Origin: Desulfitobacterium sp.
Lineage (GTDB): Bacteria; Bacillota; Desulfitobacteriia; Desulfitobacteriales; Desulfitobacteriaceae
Direction: 5' to 3'
NCBI GenBank assembly: GCA_012799495.1
Contig: JAAZLD010000186.1
Span: forward strand, 1 to 34,551
DNA: 34,551 nt
Position 1 is the first letter of the stretch. Every line of letters begins with the position of its first letter. Positions 26,885 through 34,551 of the stretch are shown one piece after another. The translations under genes and the position numbers were made by a program. Under the pieces are notes generated by a model. That model searched no databases, was not told the origin of the DNA, and saw only the letters and a program-made list of their open reading frames with translations.

Positions 26885-28969
26885 TTAGTATTCTAAATTA
26901 TAGGTTTTTAGTTTTCTATAGAGAGTTGAACGGCTAATGCCGAGGATTTTTGCAGCATCAGGGATGGAGTTCTTTGTACGGAGCAAGGCCTTCTCAATAG
27001 CTTTCTTTTCCAGTACTTCTAAGGAGAGAGTTCCACTATCTTCAAGACCTTCTTCATTTATTGAACCAGAGTCCATTAAAATATAATCAGGTAAGTTATC
27101 TATGTCAATAACATTATTTTGAGCAGAGTTAACAGCGTAGATCAGGGCATTTTGCAATTGTCTAACATTACCAGGCCATTGATACTCTAAAATTTTATTG
27201 AGTGCTTCTTTAGTGATTTCCGGGGTTTTCCAGCCTTGTTTCAGGCAATAATTTTTAATGAAATAGTGACTAAGAATCTCTACGTCCCTTGTCCTTTTAC
27301 GAAGTGGAGGAATATTCACAGTCAAAACGGAAAGACGGAAATATAAGTCTTCACGATATTGTTTTTCTTTAACCATTTTGAACAAATCTTTGTTAGTGGC
27401 GGCGACTAGTCTAAAATCTACTTTCTTATAACGCCTACCACCGATCCGCATTACCTGTTTATCCCCAAGGGCTCTCAGTAAAACTGCCTGAAGCTCTAAG
27501 GGCATATCTCCTATTTCGTCAAGGAAAAGTGTCCCACCATGGGCTAATTCAATTTTCCCCGGTCTTCCTGTCCGCTCTGCACCAGTAAAGCTTCCACCTT
27601 CGTAACCAAAAAGTTCACTCTCAATCAATTCACGGGGCATTGCTGCACAGTTCACAGCCATAAAGGGACCATTAGGACAATAATTATTGTGAATGGCTTG
27701 GGCAAAAAGCTCTTTACCTGTACCACTTTCACCGATTATTAAGATGTTTTCTTTGGAGTTGGAAAATCGTTTTGTAAGTTCAATAACTCTCCTAAATTCT
27801 TTATCTTCACCAATAATACTGTCAAAAGTATAGATTGCTACCGCGCCTGTACGGTTAGCTGCCATAGCATTAACTTTTTCCACTGGATTAAGCTTTAAAA
27901 CCGCTGTTTCGCACTCAAGAGTTTGATAATCTTTCACAGGACGAATACTAATCATATAGGAATGTTCTTCATTTCCTACGTAAATGCTTTCTTCAATATC
28001 AGCATTTTTTCCCGCTTTAATATAATCCTTTATCTGTGTATTAGTACATAGGAAATCCTTTATATTAATATTCTCTCTTTCCTCAGGACTGATTTTAAAG
28101 ATACGAGTGGCTTCCCGGTTCATATTAAGAATATTACCTTTTTTGTCAATGGTAATGACTCCTTCATCTATGACTTCTAAAGTTGTCTCTAAGATGTCCA
28201 TTGTTCTATTTAACTCATGAATCGTATTAGTTAAGTGATGATTGCTTTCCACTAGTAAATCATTGGATTTATTAAGCTTGAGTTGAGTTTCGATAGCTTT
28301 AGCTAAAGATGTTATAAGACCTAAAGTATGGGAAAGAAGATTATCTAATAATTCTCCTTCTAAACGATAAACAAAAGGTTGGCCAAGAATAATAGTACCT
28401 ATAACTTCTTCTTTATCATTCATAATTGGTGCCGCAGTACCAATAATATCATGAAGTTTTACACTAAAGTGTTCTGGACCAATTAATTGCACTGGTCTTT
28501 TCTTATTGATACATACTGAATGGGCACAGGTTCCAATGGTGTTTTCATTCCAGATAACTCCCTCAGTACTAACCCTTTTCATTTGACCAAGTTGAAGTAA
28601 AAACACACCATTAGGGTCACAAAGATAAAATATATATCCCTGTGGTAAAAGTGCCATTTCTTTAAACTTTTTCATTAGGGGCTTGGTAATATCGATTAAT
28701 GACTTGTTCTTTTCGAGAACTTTCTTATATTCTTCTTGTTCAATATAGTATTTACCTGGCGAAAGATAAGGGTCCACTCCTCTTTTCAATGAGCGAATCC
28801 AAGATTCTGCTACTTCTTTGCTAATGAACTCACATTCACGTGGATCTGCCGTTTCAACTCCTTCCAAAAACTTTAACTTGAAGTCTAATATTTTTCCACT
28901 CTTCTCAGTAGTGCTATATGGAGCACATGTATTCTTTTGAATCATGCTATGCTCTGGGGTTGCCAACAC
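26885..28969 (-). CDS. sigma54-dependent activator (AcoR-like GAF-PAS-AAA+-Fis HTH)
   Basis: SWIRS..GVDP, W.E..IGT GAF; PAS; GESGTGKE, ESELFG, GSFTGA, LFLDEIG, WPGNVRQL, LGISRSTLYRK; GTG start with GGGAGG RBS. Confidence 0.93.
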   Translation of the reverse strand: MLATPEHSMIQKNTCAPYSTTEKSGKILDFKLKFLEGVETADPRECEFISKEVAESWIRSLKRGVDPYLSPGKYYIEQEEYKKVLEKNKSLIDITKPLMKKFKEMALLPQGYIFYLCDPNGVFLLQLGQMKRVSTEGVIWNENTIGTCAHSVCINKKRPVQLIGPEHFSVKLHDIIGTAAPIMNDKEEVIGTIILGQPFVYRLEGELLDNLLSHTLGLITSLAKAIETQLKLNKSNDLLVESNHHLTNTIHELNRTMDILETTLEVIDEGVITIDKKGNILNMNREATRIFKISPEERENINIKDFLCTNTQIKDYIKAGKNADIEESIYVGNEEHSYMISIRPVKDYQTLECETAVLKLNPVEKVNAMAANRTGAVAIYTFDSIIGEDKEFRRVIELTKRFSNSKENILIIGESGTGKELFAQAIHNNYCPNGPFMAVNCAAMPRELIESELFGYEGGSFTGAERTGRPGKIELAHGGTLFLDEIGDMPLELQAVLLRALGDKQVMRIGGRRYKKVDFRLVAATNKDLFKMVKEKQYREDLYFRLSVLTVNIPPLRKRTRDVEILSHYFIKNYCLKQGWKTPEITKEALNKILEYQWPGNVRQLQNALIYAVNSAQNNVIDIDNLPDYILMDSGSINEEGLEDSGTLSLEVLEKKAIEKALLRTKNSIPDAAKILGISRSTLYRKLKTYNLEY

Positions 28970-29041
28970 AGTTACAACCTCCCTAATAAATAGTGATCGA
29001 ATATGGTTCCATTGTCTAGATAGTTCAATCTATATAAGATC

Positions 29042-29068
29042 ATTCTACATAAATCGCGATAAACCTCC
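29042..29068 (-). promoter_or_regulatory. sigmaH-like promoter upstream of the activator
   Basis: GGAGGTTT-N12-GTAGAAT resembles RNAGGAWWW...RNNGAAT. Confidence 0.45.
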
Positions 29069-29172
29069 CTAATATATGATATTTTTTCATGATAACGTTA
29101 TAATATTTTTTAATTTATATAAAATAATTTTTTTTAAGTTGATAGCCTTGGATTTAAACCTGAATGCCATCA

Positions 29173-29212
29173 AATAGGCTTCAGGGGAAAATGCTCCCAC
29201 CTGAAGCCTATT
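29173..29212 (-). terminator. Hairpin/terminator after the aromatic-acid MFS gene
   Basis: 13-bp aataggcttcagg/cctgaagcctatt stem. Confidence 0.75.
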
Positions 29213-29228
29213 CTAATTTCACATAGGA

Positions 29229-30581
29229 TTAATCTGCTTTCGATATAGCTAATTCGTCGAGAGATTTACCTTTTGTCTCTTCTCTAATAAAGATTATAGC
29301 AGCAAGCATTCCGATGAATAAGGGGATTACATAGAACAAGAAGGCACTGGAGTAGCCAAGATTTAGTGAGATTACCCATCCAGCTACAATTGGTGCTAGT
29401 GCTCCACCTAATCGACCAAAAGCCTGACACCAGGATACCCCAGTATTGCGGATTTCTGTCGGATAACCTTCTGCCATGAGAGGTTGCACTGCCGTAATAG
29501 AGTAGTTAATTGCAAATCCTAAGAAGATGTTTGCTGCCAGAATTGCTACAAAATGTCCACCTACAAAGGCCATTATTACTACTGCGATTATACCCAAAAC
29601 ATAGCTGCCAATTAGATTCTTTCGTCGTCCAATAGCTTCGGCAACAAAACCAGTGGAACAGTTAGCAATTACTGCTGCACCATTTTGAGCAATTGCTAAA
29701 CCATAGGCTGACTTCAGTTCTAGGCCTTTTTCAAGCATGAGAGATGGTAGCCACGCATTGACCCCATAAACAGTGAAACATCCCATAAAGTAGGTTAGCC
29801 AAACTCCTGCGGTGATTGCAATATATTTTTTTGTAAAAAGAGCTTTCGGGCCAACTACAGCTGGTTTTGGAGGAGTAAATAACGCATCAGCGTCATACTC
29901 AGAAACCTTACCTGTAGCAATTTTTTCAATATTTTGGAGTTGTTTAATTGCTTCTTCTTTCCGTCCTTTACTAGCATACCAATAAACTGATTCTGGCATT
30001 TTGAAGTACAGGTAGATAGAATATATGAATGGAACGCCAGCTATAAGATAACACCAGCGCCACCCAATAGTAGAAACACACCAGGTAGCGATTAGTCCAG
30101 CTAGAACCCAACCTACAATCATCCAGGCCATACCGAAGGTAATAAAGAGAGCCCGGCGGTTAGTTGGTGTAGACTCAGAAAAAATAGTTGTAACAACTGG
30201 AATACAAGCCCCTAGTCCTAATCCAGCTAGAACGCGGAAAGTAGCAAAAAATGCAAAATTAGGGGCAAAGAAAATAGGAAGATTTAATAGAGAGTACATT
30301 GCAATTGCGCCAACTAAGGTTTTTCTCCGGCCGATTTTGTCTGAGATGATACCTGCAAAGGCACCACCAATAATTAAGCCAAAGAGACTCCAGGAAGATA
30401 GACTTCCCTTCTGAATTTCGTTTAATAACCATTCATCAGCTATCTGAGGCATGGTGTAGGATACGATCATATAGTCATAGCCATCGAAAACCATAGCAAG
30501 TCCAAGTAAAAAGAATATGCGCCAAGTAAACTTGTTAACCCCAAAGGAATCCATAACTTCGGATATGCTGAAACTTTTCAT
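29229..30581 (-). CDS. MFS transporter, aromatic acid:H+ symporter-like (PcaK/BenK type)
   Basis: FDGYD in TM1, SDKIGRR, FRVLAGLGLG, SESTP, MPES, EGYPTEIRNTG, GRLG, ETKG. Confidence 0.85.
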   Translation of the reverse strand: MKSFSISEVMDSFGVNKFTWRIFFLLGLAMVFDGYDYMIVSYTMPQIADEWLLNEIQKGSLSSWSLFGLIIGGAFAGIISDKIGRRKTLVGAIAMYSLLNLPIFFAPNFAFFATFRVLAGLGLGACIPVVTTIFSESTPTNRRALFITFGMAWMIVGWVLAGLIATWCVSTIGWRWCYLIAGVPFIYSIYLYFKMPESVYWYASKGRKEEAIKQLQNIEKIATGKVSEYDADALFTPPKPAVVGPKALFTKKYIAITAGVWLTYFMGCFTVYGVNAWLPSLMLEKGLELKSAYGLAIAQNGAAVIANCSTGFVAEAIGRRKNLIGSYVLGIIAVVIMAFVGGHFVAILAANIFLGFAINYSITAVQPLMAEGYPTEIRNTGVSWCQAFGRLGGALAPIVAGWVISLNLGYSSAFLFYVIPLFIGMLAAIIFIREETKGKSLDELAISKAD

Positions 30582-30743
30582 CTCAGTAAATCCCCTTTCC
30601 TTTTCTCCAACTTGGCCTGTACATGATTTAATGTACCGCCTAATTTGAATTTAGCACCTATAAGAATAATAGGAAATGGAACATAAATCAGGTTTGCCCT
30701 AGATTGCACTTTCACTTGCTCAGGCTATATATTATTAAATTTC

Positions 30744-30786
30744 GGTAGGTAGTATAGAACGTGCTACCGTATCTATACTACCTACC
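30744..30786. terminator. 15-bp perfect hairpin downstream of the 54-aa ORF (terminator or mRNA-stabilising stem)
   Basis: ggtaggtagtataga-N13-tctatactacctacc; poor U tract on the minus strand. Confidence 0.6.
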
Positions 30787-30795
30787 ATTTATTTT

Positions 30796-30960
30796 TTATT
30801 TTTGAGGGGTCTCTTCACCTTCAGCATTTTCATTTACTTGGGTTAAATCAGTCTTACATTTAGGACATACTTTTTGTTTTACTCCACCGACGACGGGGAT
30901 TTTCATTCCACAATTAGGACATTCGATTGGTTTTGCGGCATTTGCTGGTCTAAAACACAT
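30796..30960 (-). CDS. Unannotated 54-aa zinc-ribbon protein (MCFRP...CPNC...CPKC)
   Basis: Manual translation MCFRPANAAKPIECPNCGMKIPVVGGVKQKVCPKCKTDLTQVNENAEGEETPQK; perfect AGGAGG RBS; absent from the ORF track. Confidence 0.85.
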   Translation of the reverse strand: MCFRPANAAKPIECPNCGMKIPVVGGVKQKVCPKCKTDLTQVNENAEGEETPQK

Positions 30961-31007
30961 AAATTACTACCTCCTAACAAATGAATCAAGAATTATTATT
31001 TTGCAGA

Positions 31008-32255
31008 TTATCCACTGAGGACTGTCTTGCCCTTTTGTGATGGGAGTGTAAATGCTGTAATAGCAGCAAGTAGCATAGCAACTGCACCTACTCCAAAAGC
31101 ACCAGTAATAGTACCAGTAGTATCAGCTACAAATCCTGCTAGCATTGGTCCAAAGAAGCGGCCAACTAAGCCCATTGTAGAAACTACGCCTGCACCGGAG
31201 CCTCCAACTTCTGTGGGGAAATAATCTGAGAAACTTGCTAGAATTACTGGTACCATGCCCATTCCCACGCCCATTAATGCAATGAGTAAATACATTACGT
31301 TTAAGGAACTTCCGTATACAAAGATGTACCCGAAAGTGGCTACGGACCACCAAATTGCTGCGATTGCAATAACAGATTTTCTTTCCATACGGTCAGACAA
31401 GGGACCCCAGATTTGCTGTCCTACAAGTTGGCTTAAGTTGTAAATTGTTACAGCTAATCCCCCTTGGACAGCAGTGAAGCCAGCATTTACAAAAGATACA
31501 GCAACAAAGGCAGTACCAGTCATATAGGCAACTTGCCAGAAGATAAACATAGTTGATACATGCCAAGTAATTTTCATTTTTAATACATCAATAAAGCTTG
31601 CATCTTTTACTGCTGGTTTTACTACATCAGTTTCACCTTCTGGTGTCCCGCAAGGAATCAAGCCTTTTTCTGATGGTTTATTGCGAACAACTAAAAAGAT
31701 AATTATTGTACAAAGAACGGCCAATCCACCTAAAATCATAGCCGCTGTTTGCCAACCAAAAGAATTGGCTAACCGAGGTAACAAGATTCCGAAAGCAGCA
31801 CCTGTAAGAACGCCACCTGCTGTAATTGTGCTCATAGCTCTTCCCCGTTTGCTAGGATGAAACCATGCACCAATCAATTTAGGAATTGTAGCACTGTAAA
31901 CTCCTGCTGCCCCAAAGCCTACTAGGGCAATGATGATCACTGCTTTTAGAAAGTTGTTGGCCATAAGTCCAAAGAGCATTACAGCAATACCTAAGACTAG
32001 ACCTGCTAAAGAGACTGAAGTTCTTGCTCCTATCTTATCAGCTAAATATCCCCAAATAAAAGAACATCCTGCATAACATAGACCAAAGACTGATACGATT
32101 GTACCTGCTGAGGTATTGGATAAGCTTAAGGACTCTTGAATTGGTGCCATAAGAATAGGTACAAACTGGACTCCGCACATAAGAATTATTTGGGTTAAAA
32201 ACCCTCCAAAAACGACAATCCAGCCATAGTGTATAGAACTTTTTGACTGACCCAT
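31008..32255 (-). CDS. MFS transporter
   Basis: HYGWIV, GYLADKIGAR, WFHPSKRG, GPLSDRMERK, GPMLAGFVAD; about 12 hydrophobic segments. Confidence 0.9.
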   Translation of the reverse strand: MGQSKSSIHYGWIVVFGGFLTQIILMCGVQFVPILMAPIQESLSLSNTSAGTIVSVFGLCYAGCSFIWGYLADKIGARTSVSLAGLVLGIAVMLFGLMANNFLKAVIIIALVGFGAAGVYSATIPKLIGAWFHPSKRGRAMSTITAGGVLTGAAFGILLPRLANSFGWQTAAMILGGLAVLCTIIIFLVVRNKPSEKGLIPCGTPEGETDVVKPAVKDASFIDVLKMKITWHVSTMFIFWQVAYMTGTAFVAVSFVNAGFTAVQGGLAVTIYNLSQLVGQQIWGPLSDRMERKSVIAIAAIWWSVATFGYIFVYGSSLNVMYLLIALMGVGMGMVPVILASFSDYFPTEVGGSGAGVVSTMGLVGRFFGPMLAGFVADTTGTITGAFGVGAVAMLLAAITAFTLPSQKGKTVLSG

Positions 32256-32453
32256 CTACATACCTCCATTACGTTTTTCAACGTCAGACTCGAGGAGTTA
32301 TAGGTTGAAATATATTCGCTTGTAGAAAATATAGAGCACTATTGCTTAGATATAGCGTTGAAGCTATTTAATCCAATATGATATAATTGAGATTATCATG
32401 GACACACTTCAAGCACATCGTGGCAATAGTGCATTGGATTAAGTGGATATTAC

Positions 32454-32684
32454 TTATTTGTTAAATTCTTCTTCATTACCGCTACGCATAGTAGTTTGAT
32501 AGCCTCTCATAGGCTTAAGCATATATTTATTCTTTACAAAATAAAAACCGATCTTTTCAAGTTCTTTCTTAGTCATACCCAGAGCTGCAGGGATTTCAAT
32601 ACCATCAAGGCCTTTTGCAGCTTGTTCGTTCAGATATTTCAGTTGGGCTTTATTATCAAGAGCTAAGAATTCATCTTTAGTCAT
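32454..32684 (-). CDS. 76-aa soluble hypothetical protein in the Mo-enzyme operon
   Basis: AAGGAGG RBS before MTKDEFLALD (start moved from 32720); no Cys and no hydrophobic segment. Confidence 0.75.
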   Translation of the reverse strand: MTKDEFLALDNKAQLKYLNEQAAKGLDGIEIPAALGMTKKELEKIGFYFVKNKYMLKPMRGYQTTMRSGNEEEFNK

Positions 32685-32770
32685 GGGTTTAACCTCCTTG
32701 TGCATTGGTAAAGTTGTCATTCCACAAATTAAATGTAAATCTTGGAAATTGGAACTTTCTTCAAACTCGC

Positions 32771-32837
32771 TCTGTTAGGGCAATAACAGATTCAGAGTTC
32801 AGGTGCCATGACGGTTAGGGCAATAACCGTCATGGCA
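32771..32837. repeat. Two tandem hairpins with the identical 14-nt core gttagggcaataac
   Basis: tctgtta-gggcaa-taacaga (32771-32790) and tgccatgacggtta-gggcaa-taaccgtcatggca (32804-32837). Confidence 0.8.
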
Positions 32838-32852
32838 ATCTCCCCTGTGCGC

Positions 32853-33188
32853 TTAAGGAAGATACAATGCTACTTTAGAACCTTTTTCAGCTGCTTTTTT
32901 AGCTAGTTCTTCGATTGGGCCGTACTCCATACACTTTGCTAAGCAGTGGAGAACACAGGAGGGTTCTTTCCCCTCTTCAATGCGATCTTCGCAAACATCA
33001 CAAAAGCTTGTGGGTACGGGAACATAGTTCCATTCCCATTTTTCTGCATCTTTTCTAAAGGGACCTACCTCAGTAAGTTTGATTCCCCATTTACCAAGTG
33101 GAAGTTCTTTTTCATTTTTACATGCAACTTCACAGGAATGACAACCTGAGCAATATTCATAGTCAATCAACAAACCGTATTGAGCCAT
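32853..33188 (-). CDS. Small 4Fe-4S dicluster subunit (short DmsB-like)
   Basis: YGLLIDYEYCSGCHSCEVAC and CDVC...PSCVLHC..C; AGGAGG RBS; 23 nt after the large subunit. Confidence 0.92.
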   Translation of the reverse strand: MAQYGLLIDYEYCSGCHSCEVACKNEKELPLGKWGIKLTEVGPFRKDAEKWEWNYVPVPTSFCDVCEDRIEEGKEPSCVLHCLAKCMEYGPIEELAKKAAEKGSKVALYLP

Positions 33189-33211
33189 TTTGACTTCCTC
33201 CTTTCATCATC

Positions 33212-34551
33212 TTAAGCTTCTTTGTAAACCTTACAAAGGATACTCTTGAAGGTATCACCAAATCCAAGCTTACCGGTGTGGTCGTGAGGCATTAGAGTGT
33301 TAACGTTGGATTCCCATACTCCAAAGAGTGAGGGTTCTTCCGCTTCTTTTTCTGGGAACCACCAGCCATGGGTAGCATGGACAACTTTCGGATGAATAGT
33401 TTCAGTTACTTTTGCAACGAATCTAGCTTTACCAAACATGTTTTCAACTACAACCCAGTCTCCATCAATAATTCCTAGTTCTTTAGCGGTTTCTGGATGG
33501 AGTTCTAATTCAGGATTAGGATCGATTTCACGTAAGGTTTTAATTTGTCTATGCTCGGAGTGGAAAGATGTATATTTTCTTGCCCCTGTGGTTAGGGTTA
33601 AGGGGTATTCTTGAGCAAGTTCTGGAGTACTATATACACTGTAAGGTGGCTCTTGGTGATATGGTAGAGCATCGTCGCCCCAAGACTCAAAGAGGGTAGA
33701 ATTAAGCTCAACAAGACCGGTAACAGTGTTAAAGCCAGGCTCTCCGTCGAATCTCAAGAGACCTTTTTCATATTTCTTATAGGTATAGCCAGGTTGCCAG
33801 AGACCTTTTTTACGTAACTCTTCGAAACCAAAGCCTAAGTCTGGCTCAAGTTGTTCAGAGAAGAATTCAGAGACAGTCTCCCATGGCCATGCTTCAGGAT
33901 TAAGTCTCTTACCTAACTCGAAGCAGACCTCAAGGTCAGATTTTGTTTCACCGACGGTGAGAGCTTTGTTCATAGCTCCGGCAAATACTGCGTTACGTCC
34001 GTAGTGAGTGAGTACTACTCCGTCATGCTCTGCGAAGGTAGGTAGAGGTAAGAAAATATCAGCAAGAGCCATTGCTGTTGGAGTCATGAAGGTATCTTGA
34101 ACAACGTTAAATTCTAATTTTTTCAGAGCTTCGTACCAGCGATCTGGCTGTGCAGAGTTAGTTGGGGATAAGAAGTTACTACTATTGAACCAACCCATTT
34201 TGAGTTGATAAGGTTTACCGGTTTCTAGAGTATTCAGGGTTTCGTCTGGGTGAGTTGTAGCTAGAGCTGTGCTCACTGCAGGATATTTTTCTGCACCAAT
34301 TCTCTTGCTCCAAAGCTCATCTGATAGCCATGAACGGGATTCCATCCGCCATTTACCCATGAGAGAAGCAGGTGGTCCAATGGTAACTCCGCCAGGTACG
34401 TCGAGGTTACCAGTGATAGCGATTAGAGCTAACAAGGCATGACCAAGTTGAACACCGTTGGGGTTTTGGTCAACAGCTAATCCCCAGCCAAGGCTTGCTG
34501 GTTTTGCTTTAGCAAAGACACGAGCTACTTCATAGATTTTTTCTACTGGAA
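33212..34551 (-). CDS. Molybdopterin (bis-MGD) oxidoreductase catalytic subunit, acetylene-hydratase/catechol-dehydroxylase-like; 5' part outside the window
   Basis: The frame stays open past the track start: PVEKIYEVARVFAKAKPASLGWGLAVDQNPNGVQLGHALLALIAITGNLDVPGG. Further motifs: FMTPTAMALADIFLP, LTTGAR..SFHSEHRQIxxLRE, HGWWFPE, NVNTL. Confidence 0.88.
   Translation of the reverse strand, partial: PVEKIYEVARVFAKAKPASLGWGLAVDQNPNGVQLGHALLALIAITGNLDVPGGVTIGPPASLMGKWRMESRSWLSDELWSKRIGAEKYPAVSTALATTHPDETLNTLETGKPYQLKMGWFNSSNFLSPTNSAQPDRWYEALKKLEFNVVQDTFMTPTAMALADIFLPLPTFAEHDGVVLTHYGRNAVFAGAMNKALTVGETKSDLEVCFELGKRLNPEAWPWETVSEFFSEQLEPDLGFGFEELRKKGLWQPGYTYKKYEKGLLRFDGEPGFNTVTGLVELNSTLFESWGDDALPYHQEPPYSVYSTPELAQEYPLTLTTGARKYTSFHSEHRQIKTLREIDPNPELELHPETAKELGIIDGDWVVVENMFGKARFVAKVTETIHPKVVHATHGWWFPEKEAEEPSLFGVWESNVNTLMPHDHTGKLGFGDTFKSILCKVYKEA

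Noticed and set aside
29153-29169. TGGCAT on the minus strand as a second sigma54 promoter
   Set aside because: The -12 position reads TTTAA rather than TTGC.
32771-32837. Twin hairpins as an ANTAR-binding motif
   Set aside because: The hexaloop is UUGCCC on the sense strand, lacking the A1/G4 pattern; no overlapping terminator and no ANTAR protein in the window.
489-33149. Many short overlapping ORFs in the track (e.g. 489-695, 724-1032, 1447-1788, 3469-3705, 6564-6839, 8427-8684, 19729-20013, 25520-25789, 32946-33149)
   Set aside because: They are antisense or off-frame shadows of well-supported genes with no recognisable motifs.
34433-34435. Track start codon for the last molybdoenzyme (407 aa)
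   Set aside because: The frame is open to the window edge with conserved sequence, so this is a window truncation, not a short protein or pseudogene.

Overview
AT-rich chromosomal window from an anaerobic Firmicute (inferred Desulfitobacterium/Desulfosporosinus-like, from the cell-wall-binding-2 amidase, sigma54 activator and molybdoenzymes), almost all on the minus strand. The left part (1-19 kb) is housekeeping and accessory: parE-parC-like type IIA topoisomerase genes, a CWB2/SH3/amidase autolysin, ZupT, a DUF1858-DUF438/hemerythrin/PAS pair, a TraB-family protein, beta-carbonic anhydrase, a TetR-ABC importer with two matching operators, a radical SAM protein, pyridoxal kinase, an NYN-LOTUS protein, a REP-like palindrome and MarR-MATE. 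The middle holds a SifR/YwnA-type Rrf2 operon with a stand-alone molybdopterin oxidoreductase and an enoyl-CoA hydratase. The right part (24.8-34.5 kb) is the best candidate for an undescribed system: an acetylene-hydratase/catechol-dehydroxylase-like bis-MGD enzyme (5'-truncated), a small 4Fe-4S subunit, a 76-aa protein, two MFS transporters, an unannotated 54-aa zinc-ribbon ORF, a GAF-PAS sigma54 activator, and a sigma54-driven operon (degenerate nucleoside hydrolase, 12-Cys mini-protein, isochorismatase). No rRNA, tRNA, CRISPR array or transposase was seen. All family calls are by-eye motif recognition, not database searches.
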